Of a stretch of DNA of 64,000 bases, positions 36,701 through 48,101 are shown in pieces. Both the position numbers and the translations under genes were made by a program. Source of the DNA: Strigamia acuminata (taxonomy: Eukaryota). Location of the stretch: NCBI GenBank assembly GCA_949358305.1, contig OX442314.1, forward strand, positions 5,642,001 to 5,706,000. Reading direction: 5' to 3'. Each line of letters starts with the position of its first letter. The first letter of the stretch is position 1. The notes under the pieces are model-generated. The model worked only from the letters and a program-made list of their open reading frames with translations, did no database searches and had not been told where the DNA came from.

Positions 36701-38368
36701 CTTTGATAAACAGTCATTTAGAGACAATTGGCCCTTTTTATGTGAAGAAGCGTCGAATACTATTCGCAATTTGGTCGTCACTCGATCTTCCTTGACCACA
36801 GGCCTGTGTGGCATGTAGTAAACGGGACCGGGAATTTCGCCTTTTGGCACCTCTTCAACAATGTTCTGCTCGATCTGCTCATCAATGACTTTTTTATACT
36901 CGAGATATAAATTGGGCTGCTTACGGAAACGACGTATCAAATTGAGAAATCTCTGCTCGGCGATTTGGTAGTTGTCAGCGAGCTCATCTGGATTCACTGT
37001 CCACGGTAATTGGACGGAATAATGGCTTCCTGTCCAGTTGATGGTTTGGTCGAATTTTTTCATTATTTCCTCATCTCCCGTGGTGGTCATGGACTCGTGC
37101 TGGACTCCAATCGATTCGAGCTCCCAAAATCTTCGTAACAGGTCGTCTGTGGAAGGAATAATAGTTATTTTGTTGGCTTGTGTCGGCGACGCGATGAGCT
37201 GTGTCCCCTGCGTCGTTTGTCCGTGCAACGTCCATCCCAAAATTGTGTTTACAGCAGCCAAATTTTCCTCGATAAATTTGGATTGACCCGTGGTAATTTT
37301 GTTGTAATGATCCACGCCAAGCAGAATGTCTACTTCGCTCGAATGCAAGGCGGCCTGTCTGCAGTTCACTTGGATTCCCAAGTCTTTTAATTTGCTGCTT
37401 AACTGGGGGGTCGGAATTTCAGTTGGAGTGGTCGTGCATCGTGGCGTTTCAATTGCGTCGATTAATATGGCTGGAGATGTTCCATTGATCGGTTGTATCT
37501 TCACCTGGACTCGGTTTCTCACTTCCATCTTGGGATGCTGACCAAAAGTGGCGAGGTTTATTTTTTCCGTGCCCAATTTCTTCAATTTCAATTTCTGGGC
37601 CACGTCGGCGCGAATAAATGTGCGTTGCGCTCCGCCGTCTATGTAGCAGACACCCTTGGTTTGCAGCTTCTCTCCGCTCAAATTCGCCATTTGGATCATC
37701 AAAAATTCGACAGCTGGTCGGTTTACGCTGACAACTGCATTTTGTTTAATTTCAGTCACCTCAATTTGTCTGTCGGAATTCAATTCGTTGTTTGCTGTCG
37801 ATTTCGGCTTGGTGCACAAATACGTGTGGTGCTGTCCCTCGCATCGAAAGCACTTCATTGACGTGCGGCATTCCTTGGTTGAGTGCGGTGTTCGTCCGAG
37901 ACACCGGAAACAAACGTTTTTTGTTTTTAGTTTTGCCATTCGTTCCTCGGCGTTGAGTGGACAGACTTTTCGATCATGGCTCTTCGAGTCGCAAAATTGG
38001 CAGGTCTTGACTGCAATTGACATCATCGACGCGGAGCTTTCTTGAACTCTTTTGTCTTTCTTGTCGAATCGCCTCTTTTCCTTCTTGAAGCTCGGGGCGT
38101 CGGGAGTTGTGTTCGACTTTTGATGTGATGCAGTCTGTTTTGATTGGTTCGCCATCATTTCGTATTGTGCTTCTTTCGTCACGAAATCGTGCAGCCAATT
38201 CATGAGGCGGGGGACCGATCGTTCTGCAGCGTTCTCTCGATCATACTCTCGCATCAGCGTGCGTGGGATTGCTGTGGCCAGTGTGGGAAACAGCGTCCTT
38301 TGATACTCCTCGAGGCCCACGTCGATGTTGCTCAAATTCTCGATGTTTATCTCGACGTGACGGTGCAA
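33794..38368 (-). CDS. pol: BEL/Pao gag-pol polyprotein, main open segment (Cys knuckles, PR, RT, RH, IN)
   Basis: CQFC..H..C/CFRC..H knuckles, IDGGAQRT, KLRIVFDAS, YMDD, FCDAS..AYG, VDFAGP, SDNGTTF, PWWGGFWER. Confidence 0.9.
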   Translation of the reverse strand: MHRHVEINIENLSNIDVGLEEYQRTLFPTLATAIPRTLMREYDRENAAERSVPRLMNWLHDFVTKEAQYEMMANQSKQTASHQKSNTTPDAPSFKKEKRRFDKKDKRVQESSASMMSIAVKTCQFCDSKSHDRKVCPLNAEERMAKLKTKNVCFRCLGRTPHSTKECRTSMKCFRCEGQHHTYLCTKPKSTANNELNSDRQIEVTEIKQNAVVSVNRPAVEFLMIQMANLSGEKLQTKGVCYIDGGAQRTFIRADVAQKLKLKKLGTEKINLATFGQHPKMEVRNRVQVKIQPINGTSPAILIDAIETPRCTTTPTEIPTPQLSSKLKDLGIQVNCRQAALHSSEVDILLGVDHYNKITTGQSKFIEENLAAVNTILGWTLHGQTTQGTQLIASPTQANKITIIPSTDDLLRRFWELESIGVQHESMTTTGDEEIMKKFDQTINWTGSHYSVQLPWTVNPDELADNYQIAEQRFLNLIRRFRKQPNLYLEYKKVIDEQIEQNIVEEVPKGEIPGPVYYMPHRPVVKEDRVTTKLRIVFDASSHKKGQLSLNDCLSKGANLLPSLIFVLLKFRIHEFALIADIKKAFHQIEIAMRDRDATRFFWVDELWDGIGRAIIKILRQTRVLFGAAPSPFLLSATIKHHLKKFKDEFPLAVEFINRFLYMDDLISSLDSEKRAEEIFRQARVIMAAAGMEFVKWQTNSTKLRAIMRREVPSDRDLMNDEETKVLGLRWSPSSDQIGLAIEIAEDVGTKQITKRRVICITAQIFDPLGFASPFTITAKIFFQTLWLRKLKWDEKLNEEMQETWEKWAKQIPNLREVQLSRWIGFKPHQENEIHIFCDASPRAYGAVAYMRRKEENLIIISFLFSKSRVAPVKPLTLPKLELMGALLAVRLRDQLIEVMDCNRYHYWTDSQICLHWITNTSKRPPTFINNRAIKIREKSHVKAWKHVAGPENPADRLTRGIDAAELTNDELWWKGPKWLSEEQENWPNNKIELPIDPDELDSEADDQEEPSGETHANAVQQNNQNFAFPISRSYLRTCRVWAWCYRFAHNSKQKADSGHRQQGVLNAEELVTAKQKLIIASQRQHYAAEMKQLTEGKPLMAASKLKLLNPFIDANGVMRLRTRLQTSKDEQTATQPIVLPQKCELTKLIFSHSHSQVLHCGLTATLAQFRESYWTPAARRTLKSTLSRCVTCKKVQGKLMQESPGLLPFDRITRCEPFAVTGVDFAGPLYIRGRKTKAYIALFTCANIRAVHLELVPSLNTPDFVDAFERFVSRRGLPKTLYSDNGTTFRRTNKELAALLNNTKDESFKNYLCNKGINWKFIVEHSPWWGGFWERMVKTVKSCLKKIIGTASLNFFQLNTLLTQVEAVLNHRPLTYVYEKPDEPESLTPAHFLTGERVTFLPDPSYINQIEPTQEAFIRPWRHRQRTLLSFWNRWQKEYLTDLKTQSGKSGLLELKAGDVVLVEEQGRPRLQWKMGRITEVRVGRDGKVRSCELVTSGGAKLRRPIQRLVHLEVQSEIGAGGV

Positions 38369-39052
38369 ACGCTGCAGTCCAGCATGATCCTTTTCGTCCT
38401 TTACTGCAGGTAAAACGGATAAATTATTTATAAATCAATTTTCAAGCAAAAGTTTATCGCCATATTTCTTTTTTAGGCGATCAACTGCGACCAGGTAATT
38501 TGGTACAGTAATTTCTAACGCTTTGATGTCATTCAAAGCGTCCCCGTGCAGATACGTGCGCAGGTGAAGCAATTTATTTATATTGTCCAACTGTGTATCG
38601 TCTCCATACTGCACGCTAAATGTTCTCCAGAACCCACTCCAATCTTCTGGCCGCCTACCGTCAAATTTTGGCACTTCCAACGGTTTTCGTTTTATAGAAT
38701 TGTTGGATTCAATGGTAGCGGTAAATTTTGAGGCACAGCGGGCTGAACTGGATAATTCCGAGCAGTGTACGTCATAATGGCGGCTCAAGTTGATGTAGCG
38801 CGGTCCTCTATGGCGTCGATCGCGTTGCTCACCTCGTCCACCTCAAGGTCACTTTTTGCCAAGTCCATGGCCAAATCACTGGCTTTTGTAACGCGGAGCA
38901 TTTTCCCCGCCAGTTGATCTGTCCAGATGCTGAGCACGTCTTTGGTCACCACCGGCACGCCAGCAAAGGCAGTTGTAATGGCGGCCATTAATGTCTGCAG
39001 CCTGGATGGCTGTGGTCAAGGCCCTTCTCTTCAATTCAAATTTCGGAGGCAT
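38369..39052 (-). pseudogene. gag: Frameshifted 5' part of BEL gag (DUF1759-like)
   Basis: Fragments MPPKFELKR.., PKFDG..DWSGFW..KLLHLRTYLHGDA in different frames, with a stop at 38435. Confidence 0.75.
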
Positions 39053-39076
39053 TTTTTTACTTGCAGTTTGGGGTAC

Positions 39077-39094
39077 TCCCGGGTTTCGGCACCA
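39077..39094 (-). promoter_or_regulatory. Primer-binding site, tRNA-Phe
   Basis: TGGTGCCGAAACCCGGGA 3 nt from the 5' LTR. Confidence 0.85.
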
Positions 39095-41041
39095 AAATGT
39101 AGATTCCAATCGCTTTTAGTTGGTCTTTCTAAAGTCTCTGGCTTCTTTGTAATTTAAGTGTATGTTTTTGAAATAAATCTGCAGCTTGCTTCCACCATGA
39201 ATTTTGTACACTCACTGGGGTTGGACTTTATTGTCTTCAAAAAGATATATACAAAACGCTCCTATTGGAGCACCACTAATCCGATAATTGGCTTCAGCTG
39301 CATTCCTAGAAGGAGAGCTGAAGCCAGGTCATGTGACAATAATCTAACCCTCTTTAAATAAAAGGTTAATGACACCAAAATGTGAAAGATAAACATGTTA
39401 AAATTGAATACAAAATATTAAATTGAGTTTCACAGAATAAAGAATGATAGAACATTAAAAGGAATATATCCAAATCAGAATATATAAATCAAATAAAATG
39501 ACATTAAAATACTAGAACAATTGAATAAAAAATGAACAAACACCAATGTAAAATTATCAAGTTAGGAAATATAAATGAAATGAATGACACTGAAATATTA
39601 CATCAAAGGAAGTAAAAATACACAAATATTAAATGTAGGATAAAAATGCAAAATAACAAATAAAATCAACACATTAAAGGGAATGTGAACAGTAAAACGG
39701 CAGTTTTCACAAGTAGTACATTGCTTCAGAATGTGGTGAAACAAATGTAGAATTTTGTGTAACAACTGCAAGATTTGGCCTTTAATTCAGGGCAATTTTA
39801 CCCAAATTATTAATTCTGCGCCAACATATAACTGGCCAAAAAAGTAATGAGAATTAATTTATTTTGGATCGACCTGATGGTGTTCTACACTATTGGTATG
39901 ATTTACACCCACTACCACATCTATTTTTTGCTAGTGGGTGCTAGTAAGTGAATAGCCTAAATGCCATTTTTTAAACAATTTTTTTTTATTTCTTAAATTT
40001 GATTTGAGTTATTGTCTAATAATTTTAAACAATGCTTTATTGTCATGATGTAAACCTGTAAATAAATTTTCAAGTAAAAATTTGCCTTGCAATCAAGAAA
40101 CCTGTAGTGGTCTCAAACTTTTTCCCAACACTGTAAAGGATAAGTCAAAAGTGTGGAAATACTTTTTTTTCGTGAAAATGACTAAAGATCAATAGGGGGT
40201 TTCATTAATTAAGCAATTTTGTAATTTTGCAACTTTAGCAATTTTGCACTTTTGGATTTGTCACATGATATCAGTTCCACCAATCATGTGCATAATTGCA
40301 AAAACACAAAGCTGAAAAAATACACAATCACAAAATCAAAGGTAGTTTTGCTATTTTGGCAAAATGGCAGCAGCCAAACTCAATCCAAGTGGCCATCACA
40401 AATTGTGATTAACAATTAGTTGCAAAAACAATCTCATGATTTTGCAATTTTGCAATTATTTAAATCACATGACTTCCTATCCACCGTATTGGGTTGACGC
40501 TGGAGGACCACCAGCGCACGTTGCAGGGGGGGAGTCAGACTTGTGACGCTGGGGGGACCACCAGCGCACGTTGCAAGGGGAAACCGAACTCGTGATACTT
40601 GATGATCACCAGCGCGCGTTGCTTGAGGGGGGGTCACCGGACGCTGCCGCCCAGTGACCACCCAGGCAAGGTAATTATTGTGAGCAGCCAATCAAGGCTG
40701 TCGTGGAAAGGGGGAGAAACCCTGGTTGTGTAAAATAAAGAGACACTTGAGATACAGTTGTCAAAAAGCAAAGACGTGTTTCTTGTCCGCTGTTTTCATT
40801 TCAAACAACATTCAACGAAAGTTCACATCAGAAGTGGGGTAAGACGACCGTAAATGCGACTGAACAATACGTAGACGATACGAGAGAGACGTAAAGCAGA
40901 CGTAAAACGAGACGACGATCGTTTTGCGACGAGACGAGGTTCAACAAGCGAGAAGCCACGTGAAAGGTCCGGAAATAAGGGAGAGCGATTTGCTGGGACG
41001 ACACGAGGTGAAGTTGAACTTTTTTAAAAAAAAAAAACGAG

Positions 41042-43036
41042 ATGGCTGCAAAGCAAAAACGAGCGGCGGTGTTGGCAAAAATTCAACGCGGAGAGCTGCC
41101 GGCAGACGACGAGTGGGAGCGGCTACGGATCCAGGACATTAAACCGTTGTTGCGGGCGCGCAATATTGCGCCACCAAAACTAAAGTTCGATTACCTGAGT
41201 TTGCTGCGCCAAGTGTTGAGAGAGGAGGCGGGAATCGAAGAAGACGACGAAGAGAACGACGAGGAAACCGACGAGGATGACGGCGACGAACCCAAGGTAG
41301 AAGAACAAAATAAGAATGACGAGTCACGTGAAGCAAACGTGCCACCGGCAGTGAGCGGTGTATTCAGTGCGGAGCAGGTGGCACAAATGATGCAAATGAT
41401 GCAGATGATGCAGACGCTGCAGAAAGAGCCAAAAGAGGTGAAAAATGCACCAAAGTTGCCGCGATTTTCGGGCGATCAAAACGAGTTGCGCACGACCACC
41501 GGGTGGTTACACGATGTCGACGAGTACGCCAGGGAGTGCAAATGGACAAATGTGACCAAGGTGACGTCTGCGGCGGCAGCTTTGGACGGGCCGGCGAAGG
41601 TGTGGCACGAGAACGCAGGGACGACGATCCGAAAATTCGACGAATGGGCGGCCGAGCTGAAGCGGAATTTCCCGGATGCGCAGTTAACGTACGAGGAGAA
41701 GGAGAGGTTGATTCGGGCACCACAAAAGAGCGACGAAACGGCGGAGACGTATCTGCGACGAAAATGGGCAACATGTGAGAAGTTGGGAATGGCGATCGGC
41801 GACGCACAGAACTATTTGTTAGACGGGCTAAAAATTAAATCAGCCGTGTCTCCCATGTATTTCCAACAATACAACCACATCAGTGAAATTGTTCGCACGA
41901 TGCGAGGCGTGGAAGCCCGCACGAAAAGCGCAACAATCGAAACGAAGGGGAAAACGACAGCGACGATGACGAGACCAGGCGGAAAGAGTTACGACGCGGG
42001 ACCAAAGTGCTTTAAATGCGGCGAGAAAGGGCACCAGCGGGCGGACTGCACTAATGAGTTCAAGTGCTTTAAATGTCACGAGTCGGGACATTTATCCAGT
42101 GCGTGCACAAACGGCGTAAAATGTTTCAATTGCAACGGGTTTGGGCACATGGCCAACGCGTGCCCAGAGCCGAAAAGGGAACGAAAACAGTCATCAAAGC
42201 CCAAGGCGGATGCCAAACCAAAGGAAGTGAAAAGGGTTGTGGTCACCAGCATGCAACCTAAATTCCAAGTAGAGATGCGAATCGACGGGAAGACATGCAG
42301 TGCGGGGATCGACACGCAAAGCGACGTGTGCCTGATCAGCAAGACGTTCGCGAAACGTACGAAAATTGACGAGCCCAATTACGAGTACGTGATTGAGGGC
42401 TTTAATCAAGATGCAAGTAGCTACCGAGGACGCACCAAATGCGACGTTGAGTGCTCGGGTGTAAGGTTGGAGAATGTTGAATTTTACGTCGTCGACGACG
42501 CCAAAATGACGACTGAAATATGGATTGGCAAACCATTCCTGGAGCACCCGTCGATTACAATGCGGTCCGAGGGAGGTCGGGTGACATTCAAACAAGGCGA
42601 GGAGATACGAGACGAGTCGGGCATCACGAAAATCGAGCCGAAACCCGCGACCACGAGACCACGGGCGCTCGTGATCGACGAGAATCGAATTGTGCCGGCT
42701 CATTCAGTGAGCTTGGTGTCGGTGCGGGCCAAAAATCAGCCGGACGGGCTGTTCTACGTGGAGGGCGAGCGGGCGATGGCAGATCGATTGGGGGTGCCAG
42801 AGGGACTGATCGAAGTAAGGGACGAGCGGGCGACGATGCCAATAATTAACGACGGGCCGGAGGAAGTACGAGTTGTACGGGGACGAAAACTTGGCCACGC
42901 TGAAATTACCGAGGAGGAACCATCGCTGCGGCAGATTAAGGTCAAGAAGGTGGCAACGAGCGAGACGAGCACGAGGGCACGAGTGACGGCCGCCGACATT
43001 AATTTGGGCAAGGCAGTGACGGCAGAGGAAACATAG
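41042..43036 (+). CDS. gag: Gypsy-2 Gag-protease (three CCHC knuckles, IDTQSD protease)
   Basis: CFKCGEKGHQRADC, CFKCHESGHLSSAC, CFNCNGFGHMANAC; ends at an in-frame TAG. Confidence 0.88.
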   Translation: MAAKQKRAAVLAKIQRGELPADDEWERLRIQDIKPLLRARNIAPPKLKFDYLSLLRQVLREEAGIEEDDEENDEETDEDDGDEPKVEEQNKNDESREANVPPAVSGVFSAEQVAQMMQMMQMMQTLQKEPKEVKNAPKLPRFSGDQNELRTTTGWLHDVDEYARECKWTNVTKVTSAAAALDGPAKVWHENAGTTIRKFDEWAAELKRNFPDAQLTYEEKERLIRAPQKSDETAETYLRRKWATCEKLGMAIGDAQNYLLDGLKIKSAVSPMYFQQYNHISEIVRTMRGVEARTKSATIETKGKTTATMTRPGGKSYDAGPKCFKCGEKGHQRADCTNEFKCFKCHESGHLSSACTNGVKCFNCNGFGHMANACPEPKRERKQSSKPKADAKPKEVKRVVVTSMQPKFQVEMRIDGKTCSAGIDTQSDVCLISKTFAKRTKIDEPNYEYVIEGFNQDASSYRGRTKCDVECSGVRLENVEFYVVDDAKMTTEIWIGKPFLEHPSITMRSEGGRVTFKQGEEIRDESGITKIEPKPATTRPRALVIDENRIVPAHSVSLVSVRAKNQPDGLFYVEGERAMADRLGVPEGLIEVRDERATMPIINDGPEEVRVVRGRKLGHAEITEEEPSLRQIKVKKVATSETSTRARVTAADINLGKAVTAEET

Positions 43037-45895
43037 ATAATTTTGAACATTATCAACGATGAATTTCGGGATTGTTTTGCGACAAGTCTGGAGGAAGTCG
43101 GATGCTTCCCCGGGTACCAAATGGACATCGAGTTGACCACGACGAAGCCAACCAATCTTCGACGGTACCAATATTCCGCGGCCCAACAAAAAGAAATTGA
43201 CAAGATGGTCAGCGAACTGGAGGGGGCGGGGTTCATTACAAGGTCGAAAAGCCCTTTTAATAGCCCAATAGTCATGGTGAAGAAAAAGACGGGAGAGTGG
43301 CGCATTTGCATCGATTTCCGGTCACTAAACGAGATCACCGTCAAGGAACATTTTCCGTGTCCCCGAATGGAAGAGCTTTTGGACGGGACACACGACTGGC
43401 GGGTCTTTCTCGTGTTTGACTTGGCGTCGGGGTATTACCAAATTGAGTTGACGGCTGCAGCACAAGAGAAGACGGCGTTTTCCACGATGAGCGGAAAATA
43501 CCAGTTTGTACGCATGCCGTTTGGACTCATAAATGCCCCATTCGTGTTTAATCGGGTGATGGAGCTGGCATTTGGCCATTTGTCGTACGAGACCTTGCGG
43601 CGCTACATGGACGATCTCCTGTCGGGCGCCAGGACTAGCATGGAATTAATTGAAAAGATGAGAAAAATTCTGATCGAGGTCCGGAGGTCGAAACTAACGC
43701 TGAAGCTGAGTAAATGCCATTTCCTTTGCGAGGAAGTGCAATTTTTGGGCCTACGGCTGACGATGGGTGGGTTGCGACCCGGACTGGAGAAAACGAGCGC
43801 CATTCGGAATTTTCCAAGACCAAGAGACGTGCGAGGCGTGCGAAGCTTTCTGGGGCTATGCGGGTACTTTAGGCGGTTCATTGCGGGGTACGCGACCAAG
43901 ACGAGAGCGCTGACGGCGTTGACCCGGAAAAATGTATCGTTCGTGTGGGCGATCGAATGTGAGGCGGCGTTTCAAAACTTAATCAGCGAGCTGATAGCGG
44001 AACCAGTCCTAAAGATTTATGACAACACACGACCGTGCGAGCTGCACACGGACGCGTCACAGGACGGCGTCGGAGCGGTGCTGATGCAGCGGGACGACGA
44101 CAACGAGCTACACCCGATACTTTACGCGAGCAGAACAACCACCGACTGCGAGAAACGTTACCACTCGACGGAAATTGAGCTGATGGCAGTGGTGTGGGCG
44201 GTACTGAAGTTTAAAATGTACCTGTACGGGGCCGAGTTCACAATCGTCACCGACTGCGAGGCGGTGCGATACGGGTTAAAGAAGAGGGAGTTGACACCAC
44301 AAATCGGACGCTGGGTGCTGGCGCTATCCGAATATGACTTCAAAACCATACACCGACCGGGACTGCTCATGGGGCATGCCGATGCTTTAAGCCGGAACGC
44401 AGAAGCGATCGGAGGCGAAGAAACGGAGTTTGAGCGGCGGTTTCGGGTCAACCAAATTAAGTTTTTGGAGGGCGATTGGCTCGTGGCTGCACAGGGGAGC
44501 GACCCGGAGTGCAAGGAGATGCGGGACGCGCTTTTGGCCGAGGACCCAAGCACGCTGGACGAGCGGATGCAGCACAAAATTCGGGGATACAAACTGAAGC
44601 GCGGGCATGTGTATTTTGGGCTGACGAGAGACGAACGACGGAGGGATGTATTGTACCTGCCGAAAATGATGCGACAGCAGCTTATACACGAAGTGCACGA
44701 CGGTCACGCACACCCCGGCGTCGACGCGACCATCGAGGCGCTTTTAAAGAGGTTTTGGTTTCCGAAAATGAGGAAATTCGTCAAGGCGGCGATTGGGGCG
44801 TGTGTCACGTGCCTGATGGGAAAGGAGCCAGGGGGAAGGCGCGCGGGCGAATTGAACATCATCGAGCGAAAGAAGGTGCCATTCCATACTGTACACGTGG
44901 ACCATGTGGGACCGTTCCCGAAGAGCGGCAACGGACTCAAATACATTTTGGTGGCAGTGTGTAATTTTTCCAAATGGGTGACTTTGATGCCAGTAAAGTC
45001 AACGAATGCGGTCACCACGTGCAGGGAGATCAGAAGACTCTGCACCCGAATGTGGATCCCGACACGGATCATCTCAGACAGGGGAACTGGGTTCACCAAC
45101 GCATTATTTGCACAGATGTGCGAGGAACTCGGGATCCAGCACGTGTTGACCTCAACGGAAAATCCGAGAGCAAACGGGCAGGTGGAACGGGTCAACCGGA
45201 CGCTGATTCCAATGCTGGCGAGTCAGACGACGAGGGACGATGGCAGCGACTGGAGCAGAGGGGTCGCCAAAGTCGAAGTGGCGCTGAACTCGAGAATGAG
45301 TCAGTCAACTAGGAAGACGCCGATGGAGGTTTTATATGGGTTCCAACCACGGACTGTGGTCGAGCCAAAGTTGGCAGCGGTGGTGGTCGACGAGGGCAGC
45401 GACGACGAGACCGAGATCGAGGCCACGAGGGACGAGGCGTTCGAGACGTTAACGGCAGGCCAGATTAAACAAACGCGGGCATTCGACAGGCATCGGGGGC
45501 CAAACCGCAGATACGAGATCGGAGATGTCGTTGTCGTCCGGCGGAAGGCGATCGCCATCCAAGGAAAAGCTGGGAAGTTGAGCAGTCTATATCGAGGCCC
45601 ATTGCGAGTCAGCAAGAGGATCTCGAGCACGGTCTACGAGATTACGAGTCTCGAGGAGCCACCGCGTTACGTGACGACGGCGCCGATCGACCAGCTGAAG
45701 AGGTGGGCGGTCGACGATGACGCCACGTCGGATGCGGAGGAGGACAAAACGACGGGCGTCGGCGAGGGCGCCGACGGTAGTCGGATGACCGAATGTAGAG
45801 TTTCAGGGTCATTGACACGCGTTGCAGGGGGGAGTCAGACTTGTGACGCTGGAGGACCACCAGCGCACGTTGCAGGGGGGGAGTCAGACTTGTGA
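43037..45895 (+). CDS. pol: Gypsy-2 RT-RNase H-integrase, same frame as gag after a single TAG
   Basis: WRICIDFRSLN, DLASGYYQ, YMDD, HTDAS, HHCC, VDHVGP, SDRGT, VERVN. Confidence 0.9.
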   Translation: MILNIINDEFRDCFATSLEEVGCFPGYQMDIELTTTKPTNLRRYQYSAAQQKEIDKMVSELEGAGFITRSKSPFNSPIVMVKKKTGEWRICIDFRSLNEITVKEHFPCPRMEELLDGTHDWRVFLVFDLASGYYQIELTAAAQEKTAFSTMSGKYQFVRMPFGLINAPFVFNRVMELAFGHLSYETLRRYMDDLLSGARTSMELIEKMRKILIEVRRSKLTLKLSKCHFLCEEVQFLGLRLTMGGLRPGLEKTSAIRNFPRPRDVRGVRSFLGLCGYFRRFIAGYATKTRALTALTRKNVSFVWAIECEAAFQNLISELIAEPVLKIYDNTRPCELHTDASQDGVGAVLMQRDDDNELHPILYASRTTTDCEKRYHSTEIELMAVVWAVLKFKMYLYGAEFTIVTDCEAVRYGLKKRELTPQIGRWVLALSEYDFKTIHRPGLLMGHADALSRNAEAIGGEETEFERRFRVNQIKFLEGDWLVAAQGSDPECKEMRDALLAEDPSTLDERMQHKIRGYKLKRGHVYFGLTRDERRRDVLYLPKMMRQQLIHEVHDGHAHPGVDATIEALLKRFWFPKMRKFVKAAIGACVTCLMGKEPGGRRAGELNIIERKKVPFHTVHVDHVGPFPKSGNGLKYILVAVCNFSKWVTLMPVKSTNAVTTCREIRRLCTRMWIPTRIISDRGTGFTNALFAQMCEELGIQHVLTSTENPRANGQVERVNRTLIPMLASQTTRDDGSDWSRGVAKVEVALNSRMSQSTRKTPMEVLYGFQPRTVVEPKLAAVVVDEGSDDETEIEATRDEAFETLTAGQIKQTRAFDRHRGPNRRYEIGDVVVVRRKAIAIQGKAGKLSSLYRGPLRVSKRISSTVYEITSLEEPPRYVTTAPIDQLKRWAVDDDATSDAEEDKTTGVGEGADGSRMTECRVSGSLTRVAGGSQTCDAGGPPAHVAGGESDL

Positions 45896-48101
45896 CGCTG
45901 GAGGACCACCAGCGCACGTTGCAGGGGGGGAGTCAGACTTGTGACGCTGGGGGGACCACCAGCGCACGTTGCAAGGGGAAACCGAACTCGTGATACTTGA
46001 TGATCACCAGCGCGCGTTGCTTGAGGGGGGGTCACCGGACGCTGCCGCCCAGTGACCACCCAGGCAAGGTAATTATTGTGAGCAGCCAATCAAGGCTGTC
46101 GTGGAAAGGGGGAGAAACCCTGGTTGTGTAAAATAAAGAGACACTTAAGATACAGTTGTCAAAAAGCAAAGACGTGTTTCTTGTCCGCTGTTTTCATTTC
46201 AAACAACATTCAACGAAAGTTCACAATGTCAATTCTATTGATGTGGTCATATAGGAAGTCGATGGTAGGCTATTCAGTGGTGACCTTAAATTTGACCCAG
46301 AAGGTCATTTTCAAGGTCATTCACTTTCTAACTTTTAAACCGTTTAAGATACAGCAAAATTTCCAAGTACAAAGTTGTAGAACACGATCGAGTTAGTACT
46401 ATCCAACTTATCTTAGACATCTTAATTTAAATGTTTTCATTTTAAAATGAAAACAAATCAGCTGAAGTAAAGCCAGCCATTGTGACAAAACTTAAATTTC
46501 TACTGCAAAAGTACTGAATTTCTTCAATAAATGTATTCAAATTTACTTGTTTACTTGTTTACTTGTAAACAAGTAAAGCCACTGTTTTTTTTTAATGTCT
46601 AAATTATTTTATTTTTATAGGAACAAAATATTTCAATTTGCTGATTTGTTTTCATTTTTTTAAAAAAACCTATTTTACTTAAAGTGACTAAGATAAGTTG
46701 GATAATACTAATTTGATAATGCTCTACAACTTTGTAATTGGAAATTTTGCTGTATCTTAAACGGTTTAAAAGTTAGAAAGCGAATGACCTTGAAGATGAA
46801 CTTCCGGGTCAAATTTAAGATCACCACTGGATAGCCCACCATCAACTTCCTATATGCCTACATCAATATAATTGATATATCTTCGGTTATTTCAAGAAAA
46901 AAAGGTGTTGTCACGGTCCTGACTTTAGACAGTAATAATTTTCAAAATTTTAAGCGCATTTTGCGCCTTTCCTTTAAATTTTCCCCAATCATATTGAGAA
47001 ATTGTTCTAGTTTCCCTAAATTATTTTATTTTTCCCAAATCTAAATTTATTATTTTATTTTATATTATTTTCCTTATTTTTGATATTTATCTTTAATTTG
47101 GCCTGGTTTTAATCACCCCATCCAGACAATTCATGAGAATTCTGCAATAAGTTGATATAATCGCGCTCTAAATTTACATATTTCACCCCTGATCGCCTGT
47201 TTTCTGCTCGGTCCCCATTGGAAATTGACTTGGCCTTTGACATGTGATCAGAGGTGACTTGTTCTGTCAAGACATTTTTGACAGAGAGAATAATTTTCGC
47301 CTTCGACTAGTCAACATCTTCTGTCTTAAACTGGAAGATTTCCAAGTGCGATTATGTTGCGTCTCAACGCATACGGTCACATTGCAGCCCGAATTCTCAT
47401 GTTAGTCTAACTAACCACAACATTTATTATTTGCCCATTATTTGCGTACAAATTACTGGAAAAACGGCGTATTCGACGGTCTCAATTCGTCAATACATTT
47501 TATGCCACGACTGTGACTTCCTCCTCGGCCTAGACATTTTGAACTCATACTCGTCTCAATTGCGTATTCATTTCATTATCGACGGTTCGACGACGTTGTC
47601 TGCGGTTTGGTACCTGTTTGCGCGTTCACCCAACGTTTGCGCGTATTCAGGAGAAGAAACATACTCTTCGTAAGTACGCCTAGCATATGACGACATTTTC
47701 CCTAGTGAAGAGCGATGTTTTGGTCTTAAAATTCGAAGTATCAACGTTCGCCATTTTGTACGGCGCCCGAATTGAATCCTGCACCCATAAAATACAGATT
47801 TCACGAATAGACGCTGTCTTAACCTAGCTACCACCCCCGGCAAAGTTTTAAGAGTTGCAGCGCCTGCGAACCTAAATTTTCTGGTTATTACAATCCCTGG
47901 AAATTCTTAAATTTCCGAAACCATTGTTAAAAAGTCGACTACGACGTGACAATCTTGGCGAGCTAGACAGGATTCAACTCGAAACGTGTTCTAAGAGAAC
48001 ACAAACCACCATTTTCTTCAGTGAAGACTACGCAAGTATAGGTCGTTATATTTATTTGATTAATTACTTATTTTTGCCGGCACACATATTATTATTTCAA
48101 C

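Larger units (their letters stand above)
33185..39711 (-). mobile_element. BEL/Pao LTR retrotransposon, full length, gag 5' end disrupted
   Basis: 614-bp LTRs 33185-33798 and 39098-39711 (about 5 differences), TSD AGTAG, PBS, PPT GGCGCGGGGGGAG. Confidence 0.96.
28119..40133. mobile_element. Old Tc1/mariner-type element with long TIRs, expanded to 12 kb by nested insertions
   Basis: TA|CAGTGGTGGAAAAAAGTTTGAGACCAC ... GTGGTCTCAAACTTTTTCCCAACACTG|TA; about 155-bp imperfect inverted arms. Confidence 0.75.
40495..46225 (+). mobile_element. Ty3/Gypsy element 2 (micropia/mdg3-like), 5' LTR truncated
   Basis: LTRs about 40495-40827 and 45794-46225, PBS remnant TCAGAAGTGGGGT (tRNA-Leu type), PPT-like CGGATGACCGAA; no TSD because the left end is lost. 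Confidence 0.9.
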
